Below, piece by piece: positions 24,798 through 38,301 of a DNA stretch of 64,000 nt. The stretch lies in NCBI RefSeq assembly GCF_030028105.1, contig NC_092379.1:46982150-47046149 (forward strand). The letters run 5' to 3'. Source of the DNA: Mobula birostris (lineage: Eukaryota). The position numbers were made by a program, and so were the translations under genes. The first letter of the stretch is position 1, and each line of letters opens with the position of its first letter. The notes below the pieces were generated by a model that saw only the letters and a program-made list of their open reading frames with translations, ran no database searches and was not told the DNA's origin.

Positions 24798-25849
24798 CTG
24801 CAGCGTTGTATTGGACTGTACCGCTGTTGTTATTCGCACCCAGGACAAAATGCCTTTCATCCTGAGAGTCCGGGTTTGTTCCAGTTACTTGTTTATGTCG
24901 TTGCTGTAAGTGGGGGCTTGTTTTGATAACATCGTTGGACACATTTGTGCAATATCTTCAACTCAATGTGTTTGAAATGTTTTATCTGTTAGCATCTCCG
25001 AAAGTGTTGATCAAACTGTACTGCATTTGTACTGATTTGCATGTTATATGTAATGGTACCTCTAAGAAAGAAGAGGGGAAATTGATTAATTGAATCCCTT
25101 TGTATAAGAGGTTTTATTTGATCTTTCTGAGACTGTGCAGTCAGCTTACATAATACAGGTAAAAATTAGCATTAGTGACACAGTAATTAAATCAATATTG
25201 GAAACTTTTAAAAACTAATACTTCTAAAATGGTAGCAAACTATTAGTTTAAACATATCAGGAAAAAAGAACACACGGATCAAACACTAAAATGAAAGCAA
25301 AACACTGCGACCTTTATAGACTCCAGTCTCCGATGCCACAGGGGACAGAAGATCATGAGAAGGAGCAGTGAAAATCTCCAAAACATAAATTGGTTTATTA
25401 TTGTTGCCTGTACAAAGGGGCAGTGAAGAATTTTGTTTTGCATGCTATCCATACAGATGATTTCATTTCAACATTGCATTGATCTGTACAAGGGAAACAA
25501 GTGTTACAGTTACAGGGAACATTTAATGCAGCTGGACAAAAGGTGCAAGTCCATAATAAGGTAGATTGTATGATCAAACACTCCATTTTATTGTGCTAAC
25601 AGTCAATAGTGGGAAAGAGTTTGAAGAAGGGGGAGGAAATCAAGTGAGAATGTGGTGGTTGGGGGAGAAACGATAGTGAGGGAAATTAATGCTGTCCTGT
25701 GTAGCAAAGTCCAAAAGTTCGGGTACCAACGACAGAAGCAGGACAAGGAAGTCTGTGTGGGAAGGAACTGGCCACCAAATTACAACACATTAGTTAATAA
25801 TCCCTGTATCAGTCCCTGAGCTATGTACAATTTCACTTCAGGCATATGA

Positions 25850-26360
25850 GAGAAATGTTGCTGCCCTGATCAAACCACATTTGGAATATCATGTTCATTT
25901 CTGGTCATTTCATTACAGAAAGGATGTGGAAGTTTTAGAGATGGTGCAGAGGAGATTTATCAGGATAATAGAGCATGTCCTCTGAGGAGTGTTTCTCCTT
26001 GGAGCAAAGGAGGAGAAGAAGCAACTTGATAGAGTTGTACCAGATGATAAGGGGCATAGATCAAGTCGATAGCCAGAGTTAATCTGAGGGGCATAATTTT
26101 AAGGAGGAGAGTACGGGGGTGGGGGGGGGATGTCAGAGGTAAGAGTTTTATATGGAGAGGGGTGGGTATATGCCCTGCCAGTGGTGGTGGCAGAGGTACA
26201 TGCATTAGGGACATTTAAAAAATCTTAGATAAGCACATGAATGGCAGAAAAATGGAGGTTGTTTCGGAGGGAAGGGTTAGATTTATTTTAGAGTAGGTTA
26301 TAAGGCCAGCACCACATTGTGGCCGGAAGGGGTTGTACTGTGCTGTAGTATTCTATGTTC
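25850..26360 (+). mobile_element. CR1 LINE 3' fragment
   Basis: ccacatttggaatat (PHLEY), gtgcagaggagattt, tail tgtactgtgctgtagtattctatgttc. Confidence 0.7.
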
Positions 26361-27169
26361 GAGCAATTAATACACGGCAGTAGTTTTGTAGAAGTTGGGT
26401 TCTGGTTTGTGCAGCTCTGATATCAGTTCTGGGAAGCGCAGATGGGTGACATACATCCAGACTCTGCTGGGATCAGTCTTCTCATAACTTCGCAGAGCTA
26501 GGGAGGTAGGGAGGGTTTAAAACAAGTAGTGGAGGAAAGCGGATTAAAGTTCGGCAAATGAGCTTGAATAGCACAGAAGGCTTGAGCAAAGGATACTAAT
26601 ATGGCAATGATAACCTGATCTGAAGGGATCTGCAGTACAAATCTAAAATTAACTCAGTGGGCAGGACTAGAGATGACAGAAATAGTAAAAGCACAAAACT
26701 GTAGGTTTCACATCTGTGTGCGAGAAATACTTGAGACAAACAGATGTACTGAGAACACAAACAGGAGCAAACAAGTATGGTCTGACAGTCAGGAAGTCAG
26801 GATAATTACAATCACATTTTAATGCTCCTCTGTAAATTATTGGAGGTGTGGGCTGAAAACTCACTGGGATTTGTTGGACTTCTTTCGAGGGTCTCAAAAG
26901 AAGTGACACAGATGATGTTGGTCTTATGGTATTAACTTCCCAAAATTGTGTAGATTTTTCCATTTCATTGGACATACAAATTTAGCTCATTTAAAAAGGA
27001 ATGGAGACAGAAAGCAGGATTCCACATGGCAGTTAACATCTGATGTAGGAAAATAGTTAGAAACTATAACTACTATAAGATTTACAAAAGTCCAAGTAAT
27101 TGGGCCAAGCCAGTATAGTTCCAAGAAGTGGAATGAATATTTTTCCAAGTTGGTGGAGCCTTGTGATTT

Positions 27170-29280
27170 AAGCACAAGAGATTTCTGCAGATACTGGAAA
27201 TCCAGAGCAACACGTTGCTGGAGGGACTCAGTAGGCTGGGCAACATCTATGGAGAGAAGTAAACAAGTCAACTTTTTGGGCCGCGACCCTTCAGTAGGAC
27301 TGGGAAGGAAGGAAGAAGAAGCCAGAATAAGGTGAGGGAAAGAAAGGGAGTACAAGATGGAAGGTGATTGGTGAAGCCATGTGAGGGAGTGGAAGAGGAG
27401 CGATGAATTGAGAAGTATCGAGGCGACAGATGGGAAAGGTAAAAGGCTGAAGAAGGAGGAATCTGATAGGAGTTGAGCGAGGACAATGGGAGAAAAGGAA
27501 AGGGGGGGCACCAGAGGGGGGTGATAGACAGGTGAAAAGGGGAGGTAGAATGGGGTATGGAAAATGCGATAGATAGGTAGATACTTTATTGATCCCAAAG
27601 GAAATTACGGTGTCACAGTAGCATTACAAGTGCACAGATATACAAATATTAGAAGAGAATTAAGAAAGAATAAAACATGTTACCTCAAACAGTTTAAGTG
27701 GAGGGTGTCGTCACTTCCCCAGCTATAGGCTGACTCATTATAGGCCTAATGGCTGAGGTTAAGAATGACCTGATATAGTCCTCGTTGGAGCAGTGCACTT
27801 GTCTTAGTCTATTGCTAAAAGTGCTCCTCTGTTCAGCCAAGGTGGCGTGCAGAGGGTGAGAAATATTGTCCAGAACTGCCAGGATTTTTTGTAGTGACCT
27901 TTGTTCTAGCACAGCCTCCAGTGTGTCCAGTTTGACTCTTATAACACAGCCATCCTTTCCAATCAGTTTATTGAGCCTGTTGGCATCACTTGTGTTGATG
28001 CCACTGCCCTAGCACACCACCACATAGAAGATAGTGCGGATGACAACAGACTGGTAGAACATGTGAAGGAGAGGCATGCGTACTCCAGAGGACCTCAGTC
28101 TTCTCAGGAAGCAGAGGCTCTGTGTTGGTGCTCCACTCAAGTCTGTCATCCAGGTGCTTGTAGGTCCTCACCATATCCACATCCTCACCATCAGTAGTAA
28201 CAGAGAGCAGTGCAGGCTTAGTCTTTCTAAAGTCCATTATCATCTCCCGTTGTTGGAAAGAAATTGTCGGAAGTTAGAGAAATCACGTTGGAGGCTATCC
28301 AGGAGGAAAATGAAGTGTTGCTCCTCCAGCCTGAGAGTGGCTCCATCATGCTAGGAGAGGAGGCCATGGACTGACAGGTCGGAATGGGAAGGGGGAGTGA
28401 AATTAAGAGGGGGAAAAGAGCAAAGGTGCTCAAAAATGCAGTCCCCCAATCTACATCGGGTCTCACCAATATAAAGGAGGCCACATTGGGAGCACTGGAT
28501 ACAGTAGATGACCCCATCAGGTTTTACCTCACCTGAAGGGACTGTTTGGGGCCCTGAAAGCTGGCGAGGGAGGAGATGAATGGGCTGGTGAGCACTTGTT
28601 CCACTTGTAGGGATAAATACCTGGGGTGAGATCAGTGAGGAGTGAAGAATTGCCAAGGGAACCAGAGAGAGCATAATCCCTGGGGAAAGCGAACTGTGGA
28701 GGGGAGATAAAGATGTGTTAGGTGGTAGGATACTGTTGAAGATGGTGGAAGTTGCGGAGAATAATTTTCAGGATGCAGAGGCTCACGAGGTGCTTGGTAA
28801 GGACAAGAGGAACTCTATTCTTTGCTAAGGCAGTGGGAAGATGGAATGAGGGCAGATATCCCAGAAATGGTGAAGAAGTGGATGAGAGCAGTGTCAATGG
28901 TAAAGGAAAGGGAAACCTCTTCTTTGAAGAAGGAAGATATCTCAGATGTTATTGAAACAAAAGCTTCATCCTGAGAAAAGAGATGACAGAGACAGAGAAA
29001 ATCAGAAAAGGGATTAGTATTTTTACAAGTGACAGGATGGAAAGAGGTGTGGTCTAGGTAGCTGTGCGTGTCAGTAGGTTTCTAAAAGATATCAGTAGAT
29101 ATCTTTTTCCAGAGAGATTGAGAAAGGGGAGAGAGATGTCAGAGAAGCAAGTGAATTTAAGGGCAGGATGGAAGTGGAAGGCAAAGTTGGTGAAATTGAC
29201 GAGCTCAGCATGGGTGCAGGAAGCAGCACCAATGCAGTCCTCCATGTAGCAGAGAAGTAATTGGGGACATTACTTGAGAA
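27170..29280 (-). mobile_element. Penelope-like element (RT C-terminus and GIY-YIG), interrupted by Rex1
   Basis: VIYCIQCSQCGLLYIGETRCRLGDCIFEHL (GIY-YIG) and FHPALKFT...SLPFL (Penelope RT). Confidence 0.85.
27570..28245 (-). mobile_element. Rex1-type LINE 3' fragment (second subfamily), nested in Penelope
   Basis: MIMDFRK, LDDRLEWSTNT, SHPLH; (GATA)-like tail at 27570. Confidence 0.75.
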
Positions 29281-29339
29281 GGCTTGGAGCAGGCTTTGTT
29301 TTTTGAAGTAACCAAAGATGATTAAATCTGCTGATAACA

Positions 29340-30140
29340 CTGCGAGGAAAGTGAGTTGTGTGGGGGGGGGGGGATATAGGTAAGATAGGTTCAAGGGAAA
29401 TAGGTAGGTTAAGTGAAATCAATAAAGTAATTAACAAATGGAACATAATATGGAAAAATGTGAGATTAACCATTTTGCAGGGGAAAAATTATGGTATCAG
29501 CTTCTTCTCTAAATGGCGCAAGATGGTGGAGCCCAGAGATGCTGAGAGATCTGTGTATCATAATGAATGTCTTGCCAAAGGCAATATGCACATATAAAAT
29601 ATCACGAAAACTAGTGATATCAGTATTTATGATGAAGAGAATTAAGTACAAATGTAGGAAGGTAATATGTTTTGTAGTATAGGTGAAACAGTATCTGGAG
29701 TACTTACAAAAGGAAATAAATGCATTCTAAGTTTTATTAAACTGACATCTGGAATATGGCAATTGACCCTATGAGGACAAGTTGGACAGGCTTATTTCAG
29801 CTGAAGTTTGAAAAGCTGAGACTTGATAGAAGCATAAGGAGGTGAGGCTGTCATGACGGTGTGAATGTGGGAAGAATGGGGGCAGCCAGGCCCAGAGTCA
29901 CAGTTTCAAATATATGGTACTCATTTATGACTGATAGTTCTCTCAGTCTTTGGAATTCTTTCTCCAAGGGAGCAGAGCCCATAATATTGTTTATAAGGCA
30001 AAGGAAGATTGATACTTGATAGGCAATGTGTGAAAGGTTGCCCATAGTGGGTAGGATTGCAGATTATAATCAGATCAACTATGACCTGATTGAATGAGAG
30101 TGCAGGCTCAGAGCTGAGTGGCCTACCTTACTCCTAATTC
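29340..30140 (+). mobile_element. Old CR1 LINE 3' fragment
   Basis: Degenerate RT C-terminus and tail ggcctaccttactcctaattctt. Confidence 0.6.
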
Positions 30141-31451
30141 TTAACTCTGTGTGGGAGCTCTTCTCACAGTCAGATGAAATGATCTTCAATCACTTTTAAA
30201 GTATTTGTGAGTCGCACTGAATCTTAAACAATGTCTGCCTTGGGGTGGCTCTGGAAACATTTTCTCCATATTAACATCTTCGATCCACTTGCTTTCACAA
30301 ACATCTCTGCTTTTTATCTGTCTCCTATCGTCACTGTCTTTTGTCCCCTATTCCTTGAAATGAAGTAAATCTGAGAAAGTTAGGGACATTAGGAGCCAAC
30401 AGCTGGAGACAGATAAATCTCTACCTGTGAGCCACTCGTCTACACAGTGTGGTTTCTGACCCATTTCCAATCCATGAGTTGTTTCTTTTCAGTCTACAGC
30501 AAAGCTGGGCAGACCAGATGTCTGACTAGTGAATACCAAATTTTTACTTAAACTCTTAAGTCTTCTTTTTCTGGAAATTGTTCATCATCTGTAATGTAGA
30601 TGCAGTATGCATTTTGTAAGTAACTGATCATGAGAACATTTTTAGTGGTACTTAAAAGCATAAAGACCATTCGTGCTAGCAACGATAAATTAAGACAAGT
30701 AATTTTGGGAGTATTGGTCCACAAGTCTAGCTTCAAGAATACTCTTGCCCCTTGGAGTAAGAACAATGAAGAATTATTTGGAACAATGTTCCCATAAGAT
30801 GATGTGGCGGTCTCTATTGTTGAATCCTGAGTTCAGATTGGTAGTTCCTGTATTATTTGTTCCAATTATTTGATGCAAATGAGGAGTATGGCTTTGATAC
30901 TGTACACATTCTCTGCCTACAGGTTCAAAGAGGAAGTGTGGATAAACACCTCTCAGCCAATACGTCTCAGTGGCAGAGTACGTCAACAAATTTTAACATT
31001 ATACACAACCCAGAAGATGCAGACAACCCATTTTGCCAAGAAACACTAGCTACTGCACTTGACTCTATCCAGGTTCCACTGACTGATACACCATCTGACT
31101 TTTGATCTAACTGGTACTTTCTATTGCCCTTTTTAAAATTAGTGAATATCTTTGCAAGGAAACTAATGTTGCTTGCTCAAGTGCATCTTGATCTATCCAT
31201 TGCATTCTGCACATAATTCAAACTGGGCCTGAGATGAAATGGGTTTTCCCTTCCTGTGCTTGCAGGGCTCAGGCAATAAAACATCCAGGAATAACTGAGT
31301 GAATCTATGTGGAAGTAGATACATGAGATTGGAACATAGTGAGTTAACAAAATGCAGGTGGTATCTGTCTCCCTGAGACAGGGGAATGGAGTTTCTTGAT
31401 TTTCTCCATTCTTGAACAAGAGGACCAAAATTGAACTATGCCTTAACCATT

Positions 31452-31725
31452 CGACCCGGCTGGTGGCTTAGTGGCATCAATGCTGGACTGTACTGTGGCG
31501 TGGGAGGTCCTGAGTTCAAATCCAGCCGGCTCCCCTGCACGCTTTCCATCCATGCTGGTTTACGAGCTGGTGATCTCTTTGGAAACTCACCCGGCAGAAG
31601 GCAATGGCAAACCACTGCTGTAACTTGCCTCGTATGCGATTTCCCACTACGTCAGAGCGGCGTGGGAGGAAGGAAGTCGTCTGCTAACTGGAAAAATTCC
31701 GGATGCGACGTACCTTTCCTTTTAT
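31452..31725 (+). mobile_element. tRNA-derived SINE with RTE/Sauria-like segment and ACCTTT tail
   Basis: A box tggcttagtgg, B box gagttcaaatc, head shared with 3401, internal gaaggcaatggcaaaccact, end gacgtacctttcctttt. Confidence 0.75.
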
Positions 31726-33711
31726 CCTTATGATAATAAGAAACCATTAGGCCCTTCGAGCCTGTGCCAGCTCTCAGAGCAATCCCATTCCCCACTTATT
31801 TCTTTCCTGTCACCTGTTCTTCACAAGTATCTGTCAGTTCCTCTGTCCACCCCCAAGATTTTACCACTCACTGACATATCAGGAGCTGTAAGATCATAAG
31901 ACATTGGAGCAGAATTAGGCCCTTGGGCCAATCTGTGCCATTCAATCATTTATTAATTTTCCCTCTCAACCCTATTCTCCTGCCTTCTCCCCGGAACTCT
32001 TGACGCTCTTACTAACCAAGAACCTACCCACCTGCATTTTAAGTTTTGTAGCCTGGGAAAATACACTCAGGACAACAAATACTTTTTTGGGTTATTAATT
32101 CCTTTATCTGTTTCAGATTTTTTAATGCAGAAAGAGGATATCAAAAATAAAAACAAGAAAATGAGTTTGAAAAAGAAAACCATTCCCACTGTTACAGCCT
32201 CAGCCTAATTTTGGCCCACACACTAGTTACGTATGCAGTATGAAAATTAAAAAAAATAACAAAATATACAAAACCAATATGACAGTGGCAACTCTAAAAG
32301 ACAATACAAATGATATTAGAATCCTGCCAACTATCTGCCTTGTACATAACATCAAAAAAAAATGCATTTCATCTTATCTAAGATGCACACATGCGCTTAA
32401 CTTCCAGACACATACAGCCTAGACCCTGAAACAAAATCTCCTCACTCATGTTACCTGAGCAGAGATTAACACATTCACATTACGTCTTTACATTCAGATT
32501 AGGTTATGGAATGACCTAGTAATGAATTAGGTTGTGGTAAGACAGAAATAAACCTTTACAATACAATATATTGTCTAAGTGCATAAGGTTGCAATACTCA
32601 ACACAAGAGGTGGATAAATCAAATGAAGATTCATTTAAGGTGGGCAAGCATGAGGAATAAAAGTTCTGCTGTTAGAATTCAATAAGACTCGAGTGAAGCA
32701 AGAAACAGGGCGTATACCAGTACTGTAAATTAGTGCGTAACAGGTAGACAGGCCACTGAAGTAAGTATTTGCATGTATTCAGTGGTTAGGGCAGCGAATA
32801 TAAGAGTCAGGACATCCTGCTGCAGCCATACAAGACATTGGAAAAATCATGCTTGGAATAGTAGATCATAAGACATAGGAGTATGTCTTTCAGCTGATTT
32901 ATTATCCCTCTCAACCCCATTCTCCTGCCTTCTCCCGGTAACATTTGATGACCTGAATAATCAAGAACCTGTCAACTTCCACTTTAAATGTATCCAATGA
33001 CTTGGCCTCCAAAGCCATCTGTAGCAATGAATTCCACACATTCGCCACCCTCTAGGTAAAGGAATTCCTCTTAATCTCATTAGGAGACCACTGCTATCTT
33101 CTCTCTTTCCGTCAACCTCCCTCCCTCTCTCTCTCTCTCTCTCACACAGACACCTTTATAATTCTGACACTAGTGAACCCATGCCTTTTAAATCCCCTGC
33201 ATTATTTCAATAAAGACTGTTACAGCAATCAATTTGCCACATTTTGTCATTGCTAATATTTCACATCAGATGGTATGATTCTCATAAAATAGTATCAGTC
33301 TCATTCTCATAAGATCGTGAGCCTCAGGTGAGTGTTAGTGAAGCTATTGGAGAGGATATTGTGCCTCCTAGAGTTTAAAGACTGAGTTATGTAACTAATT
33401 TAATCTCTGTTCTGAAGGGATTTAGCTGTCTGTAATCACTATCTAGAGCACTGAGTTCCCCTTCCTTCCCAACCAAGGAGGAGATACTTCCAGCTAATGA
33501 CACAGATTAAACATAGGTATTTACTTTAAATTGTGCATTTATTTGAGGAGTAATTCTAACATAGATCATATTTCTCCAAAGGATTTCCAAAATCAAGTAT
33601 GATTCTTAAAAAAGTAGAAAACCATACCAATGAGTTGCAGATGAACGTGTTGCTTGCCACAAAAAGGAGGCTCTGGGAAGAGATCCTTCTTGTGTGGACT
33701 CTGTCTGCGTC

Positions 33712-33950
33712 TCTAATTCCTCCCCTCGCTTACTACCTTCTAATATTTATATCTAATTCCTCCCACCCCTACTGTCTTCTAATATTTATATCTAATTCCT
33801 CCCCACCCCTACTGCCTTCTAATATTTATATCTAATTCCTCCCCACCCCTACTGTCTTCTAATATTTATATCTAATTCCTCCCCACCCCTACTGCCTTCT
33901 AATATTTATATCTAATTCCTCCCCACCCTTACTGCCGTCTAATATTTATA
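33712..33950. repeat. 40-bp minisatellite, 6 copies
   Basis: Unit tctaattcctccccacccctactgYcttctaatatttata read directly from the sequence. Confidence 0.95.
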
Positions 33951-34164
33951 TTTTTTTTTCTGCCGGTCATCCAGTGGCAAAGAGGGCTGCATGTGGTATT
34001 TTCACACTTGTGTTGCAGCTTGTTAATAGCACAGGAGCCAGAGCCAAGGGATTATATGATTACAATCCAAACTCATAATTTAGACAAAGGAAACTTGATG
34101 TCAGACTCATTCAAGCAGTGTTGATCTGCATCGATTCATACGGCACAAAAGTTGGTTCCGTGGT

Positions 34165-34688
34165 CGTTCTTCTTATTCTTAAGCCCATCACCCCTACTAG
34201 GGCCTAGGCCACTGACAGCAGCTTGCCAGGATCCCCTGACCTGGGCCAATCTTTCAAGTTTTCCCAAGTGTAGTCCATCTTCTGGTGTAACCTTCCTGTC
34301 CTAGGGGTCAGGACTTTGGAGCTTCTGTTGGTGTTTCTCTAGCACTGGGTTTTTATGGGATTGGATTGCCAGCCCTATGCCCACCCTTCTCCTTTCGCAG
34401 CTGGGCTTGGGACCATCCATGGCAGAGTTCCACTGTGGTGGGGCAGGGGAGGGGAGAGGGAGGGAGGGAACGTCGACTCAGACCATGAGAGGCCTGCGTC
34501 GGGCATTTTCATGCCTTACAAGGCACAGATTGGAAGTCTGTGTGGGGCGCCACTCCTCGCACAGACACTACAGCAATGTGTGGTTAAGTGCCTTGCTCAA
34601 GGACACAAACACACTGCCACAGCTGAGGCTCGAACTAGCGACCTTCAGATCACTGGACGAATGCCTTAACCACTTGGCCACATGTCCA
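34165..34688 (-). mobile_element. tRNA-headed CORE-type SINE, tail type C (RTE-like 3' end)
   Basis: Head and CORE match 11370 and 15770; ends in gatgggcttaagaataagaagaa on the minus strand. Confidence 0.75.
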
Positions 34689-34814
34689 TTGTGGCTATGC
34701 TGACTATCAAACACCCATCTATACTAATCCCACTTACCTTCACTTGGTCATCAGTTCCCTATGTTGGGATCACTCAAGTGCTTGTCTAATGTTGTGAGTG
34801 TCTGTCTAGTTGTA

Positions 34815-35352
34815 AGTTGTCACAACAGCGCCTCTTTCATCTCAGACAGTTAAAGAAGTTTTGTATGGCCACCCAAATTCTAAGAACTTTCTGTAGAGGC
34901 ATGATTGAGAGCATCCTGACTGGCTGTGCCACTGCCTGGTATGGGAACAGTACTTCCCTCAATTGCAGGACTCTGCAGAGAGTGGTGCGGACAGCCCAGC
35001 ACATCTGTAAATGTGAACTTCCCACTGTTTGGGACATTTACAAAGACAGGTGTGTAAAAAGGACCTGAAAAATCATTAGAGACCTGAGTCACCCCAACCA
35101 CAAAACTGTTCCAGCTGCTACCATCCAGGAAACGGTGCAACAGCATAAAAGCCAGGACCAACAGGCTCCGGGACAGCTTCTTCCACCAGGCCATCAGAAT
35201 GATTAATTCATCCTGACACTACTCTATTACTGTGTTATATTGACTATCCTGTTATACATATTATAAATTACTATAATTGCACATTTGAACGGAGACCTAA
35301 CATAAAGATTTTTACTCCTCATGTATTTGAAGGATGTAACAAAGTCAATTCA
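34815..35352 (+). mobile_element. Rex1-type LINE 3' fragment
   Basis: QQRLFHLRQLKKF, IESILTGCATAWYGN, LQRVVRTAQHI. Confidence 0.85.
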
Positions 35353-35984
35353 ACTCCTCTACCTTTTCAGAAATTGTATTCCAGAATGCAGCCTCCAGGT
35401 TTGTGAAAAATTTGCTCAAATAAAAATTCCAGAATAAGGGAGCCTTCTGTTCACAAATATCATAATCCGAACCTCCTGCTCTTAACATTAAACCGATGTC
35501 TTCTAGTTTCAGACACCTTTGTTATGCGATAAAATCTCTGCCTTCAAGAGAAACACTGTTCAAAGACAATTGTTGCTCTGTACCCATTGCTTCCTTCTTG
35601 AACAGCAGCTCAAAGCCTAGAAAGATCATTGGAGACATTGAGAAAGCTCTTCTGAAGATTACTTGCATTTTTCTATCTTGTTCTCACTTCCATATGAGGG
35701 AGGGATAAATTGAGAAGCTTGGGATGGGAATATTGAAGCTTGCTTACTCAATGAACTAGAGGGCAAAGGTTTAAGATGAGAGAGGAAGGGTTTAATGGGA
35801 GCTTGAGGGGCCAATTATTTTACAGAAAGGGTGGTATCTATGTAGAATAAGCTGCCAGAAGTGGTTGAAGCAGGTACAAGAATAAATTTTATTATAGGAG
35901 AGTTGAGCAGGTATATAGATTGGAAAGATTGAACAGGGTCCAATCCTTGCAGGGTGTGGGAAGATTAAAGGAAGTAACCTGTGT

Positions 35985-36270
35985 TTAATTTATTTATTTA
36001 GAGACACAGCATGGAACAAACCCTTCTGACCCTCCCCCACCCCTGAGCCATGTGCCCAGCAACCAACTGATTTAACCCTAGCCTAATCACAGGACAATTT
36101 ACAATGACCAATTAACCAAACTGGTACCTCTTTTGGACTATAGTAGGAAACCCACACGCACACAGAAGAACATACAAACTTTGTTACAAAGGGCACTGGA
36201 ATTGAATTCCAAACTCCCAACGCCCCGAGCTGTAATAGCAACACACTAACTGTTACAGTACCGTGGTCCC
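35985..36270 (-). mobile_element. V-SINE-like element
   Basis: Minus strand has a tRNA-like head and gtgtgggtttcctact...ggttaattggtcattgtaaattgtcc. Confidence 0.65.
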
Positions 36271-36589
36271 CTAACTGGAGGCATCACAAACATTCATCAG
36301 CAGAAGATATCGCTGAGGGCATTTTGGGAGGGCACTACCCCTAAAATGATACTGTAACCAAGACCCAGATAATGTCTCTAAATCAGCGGTCTGGTTGGCC
36401 CCTTGATCTTCCTTTTGACACTTCTTAAGTCTAACCACAGAGTTAAGGCAAAGTTAGCCCTGTGTCCACTTGGAATCCTACCAGTTGTATCTTATACTAT
36501 TTAATAGTTCTTTTTTTGTCCATCTCTTGTTGCCTACAAAGCATGCCTCAATCCTACTTACTTTGCCATAATGATCTCTTATATTTCCC

Positions 36590-36800
36590 ATAGCTCAATG
36601 GTCCAGCTGATGGAGCTGCTGCCCTCCAGGAATCTGGATTCAATACTGACATCCAGTGCTGACTGCGTGGAGTTTGCACGTTTTCCTTGTGATTATGTGG
36701 GTTTCCTCCAGTTGCTGAAGGTTCCTCCAATGCCCCAAAGGTGAATGGGTCGGTAGGTTAATTTGTTATTGTAAATTGTCCCGAGTGCCTCGGTGAGCAG
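36590..36800 (+). mobile_element. HE1/V-SINE
   Basis: gtggagtttgcacgttttccttgtgattatgtgggtttcctcc V-domain. Confidence 0.75.
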
Positions 36801-36946
36801 ATTACACCATAAGATATAAGAATTAGGCCATTTGGCCCATCAAATTTGCTCCACTATTTCATCATGGCTGAACCATTTTCCTTTCCAGCCCCAATCTCCT
36901 GCCTTCTCCCCGCATCCCATCATGCCCTGACTAATCAAGAATCCAT

Positions 36947-38301
36947 TGTTATGTGACCGTTTCATTTACTGTGAGTGTCACTTTAAAATGCCTGGATGAG
37001 GCGGGACTATGACATCAGTATAACAGGCTACGATGGACCGCTGGGATTTTCAGAGTAAGAGAAGAGAGAGAGAGAGAGAGAGATAGAGTGTAAGAGGAGA
37101 GAGAGAGAAGAGAGAGGATTTTGGCCCGCAAGCTGCCAGCAGGGGCTTGTTGTACAATGGATAAAGTCTGATACTGTCCCATACCCAAAAGATTGGGTTG
37201 ATTAATGGCACTCCGTGCACATTGGATTTGTGATTGTCACTTCGTATAATCCGAATGTGGATTCTTGTTGGAGTATCCTATGGCATCCACTGTTATTAAC
37301 CCTTACCTGGATTCAGGTGTGTTATGTGGTAACGACTTGGAAGAAGGGATGTTCCGTGACTGCCACTTTAGAACATAGAACACAGCACATTACAGGCCCT
37401 TCGACCCAAAATGTTGTGCCGACCCTCAAGCTCTGCCTCCCATATAACCCCCCACTTTAAATTCTTCCATATACCTGTCTAGTAGTCTCTTAAACTTCAC
37501 TAGTGTATCTGCCTCCAGCACTGACTCAGGCAGTGCATTTCACGCACCAACCACTCTCCGAGTAAAAAAAAACCTTCCTCTAATATCCCCCTTGAACTTC
37601 CCACCCCTTACCTTAAAGCCATGTTCTCTTGTATTGAGCAGTGGTGCCCTGGGGAAGAGGCGCTAGCTATCCACTCTATCTATTCCTCTTATTATCTTGT
37701 ACACCTCTATCATGTCTCCTCTCATCCTCCTTCTCTCCAAAGAGTATAGCCCTAGCTCCCTTAATCTCTGATCATAATGCATACTCTCTAAACCAGGCTG
37801 CATCCTGGTAAATCTCCTCTGTACCCTTTCCAATGCTTCCACATCCTTCCTATAGTGAGGCGATCAGAACTGGACACAGTACTCCAATTGTAGCCTAACC
37901 AGAGTTCTATAGAGCTGCATCATCACTTTGGGATATCTCTACGTGGATTTTGGAACGACTCGACGGATAAGATCTTCGGCAACTGCTACTTCGTTTCCCA
38001 GCGTGGAACGTGTGGAATTTCTTCGTGACCGCCTTCACTCTATATTTTAACGTGGATTTACAAACCTCTCCCCTCATTTATTTCCGTGGATTACTGAACC
38101 TTTCTACTTTGCCATCTTAATCTTAAGACATTAAGAACTGTTCCTAAGCTTGACAGTTTGGGAGCCACACACAGGCATAACACTGTTAACTTCTGTTTAT
38201 CCCGTTTAATTTTCTATATTCTGAGTAGATACTAATAAAGATAGTGGTTTTAGCATTAAAACCTGACTTAGTTTGTAATCTATTGCTGCTGGTGCATAGC
38301 A
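36947..38301 (+). mobile_element. Solo LTR containing a nested CR1 fragment
   Basis: TGTTATG...CATAGCA inverted termini, GC box, GA-rich tract, AATAAA about 60 nt before the 3' end; interrupts a CR1 tail. Confidence 0.65.
37370..37923 (-). mobile_element. 5'-truncated CR1 insertion inside the LTR
   Basis: Tail tgtgttctatgttct; flanked by cacttt at 37364-37369 and 37924-37929. Confidence 0.8.

Noticed and set aside
26987-27598. 203-aa and 216-aa (48944-49594) Pro/Ser/Phe-rich ORFs
   Set aside because: Translations of pyrimidine-rich Penelope termini, not host genes.
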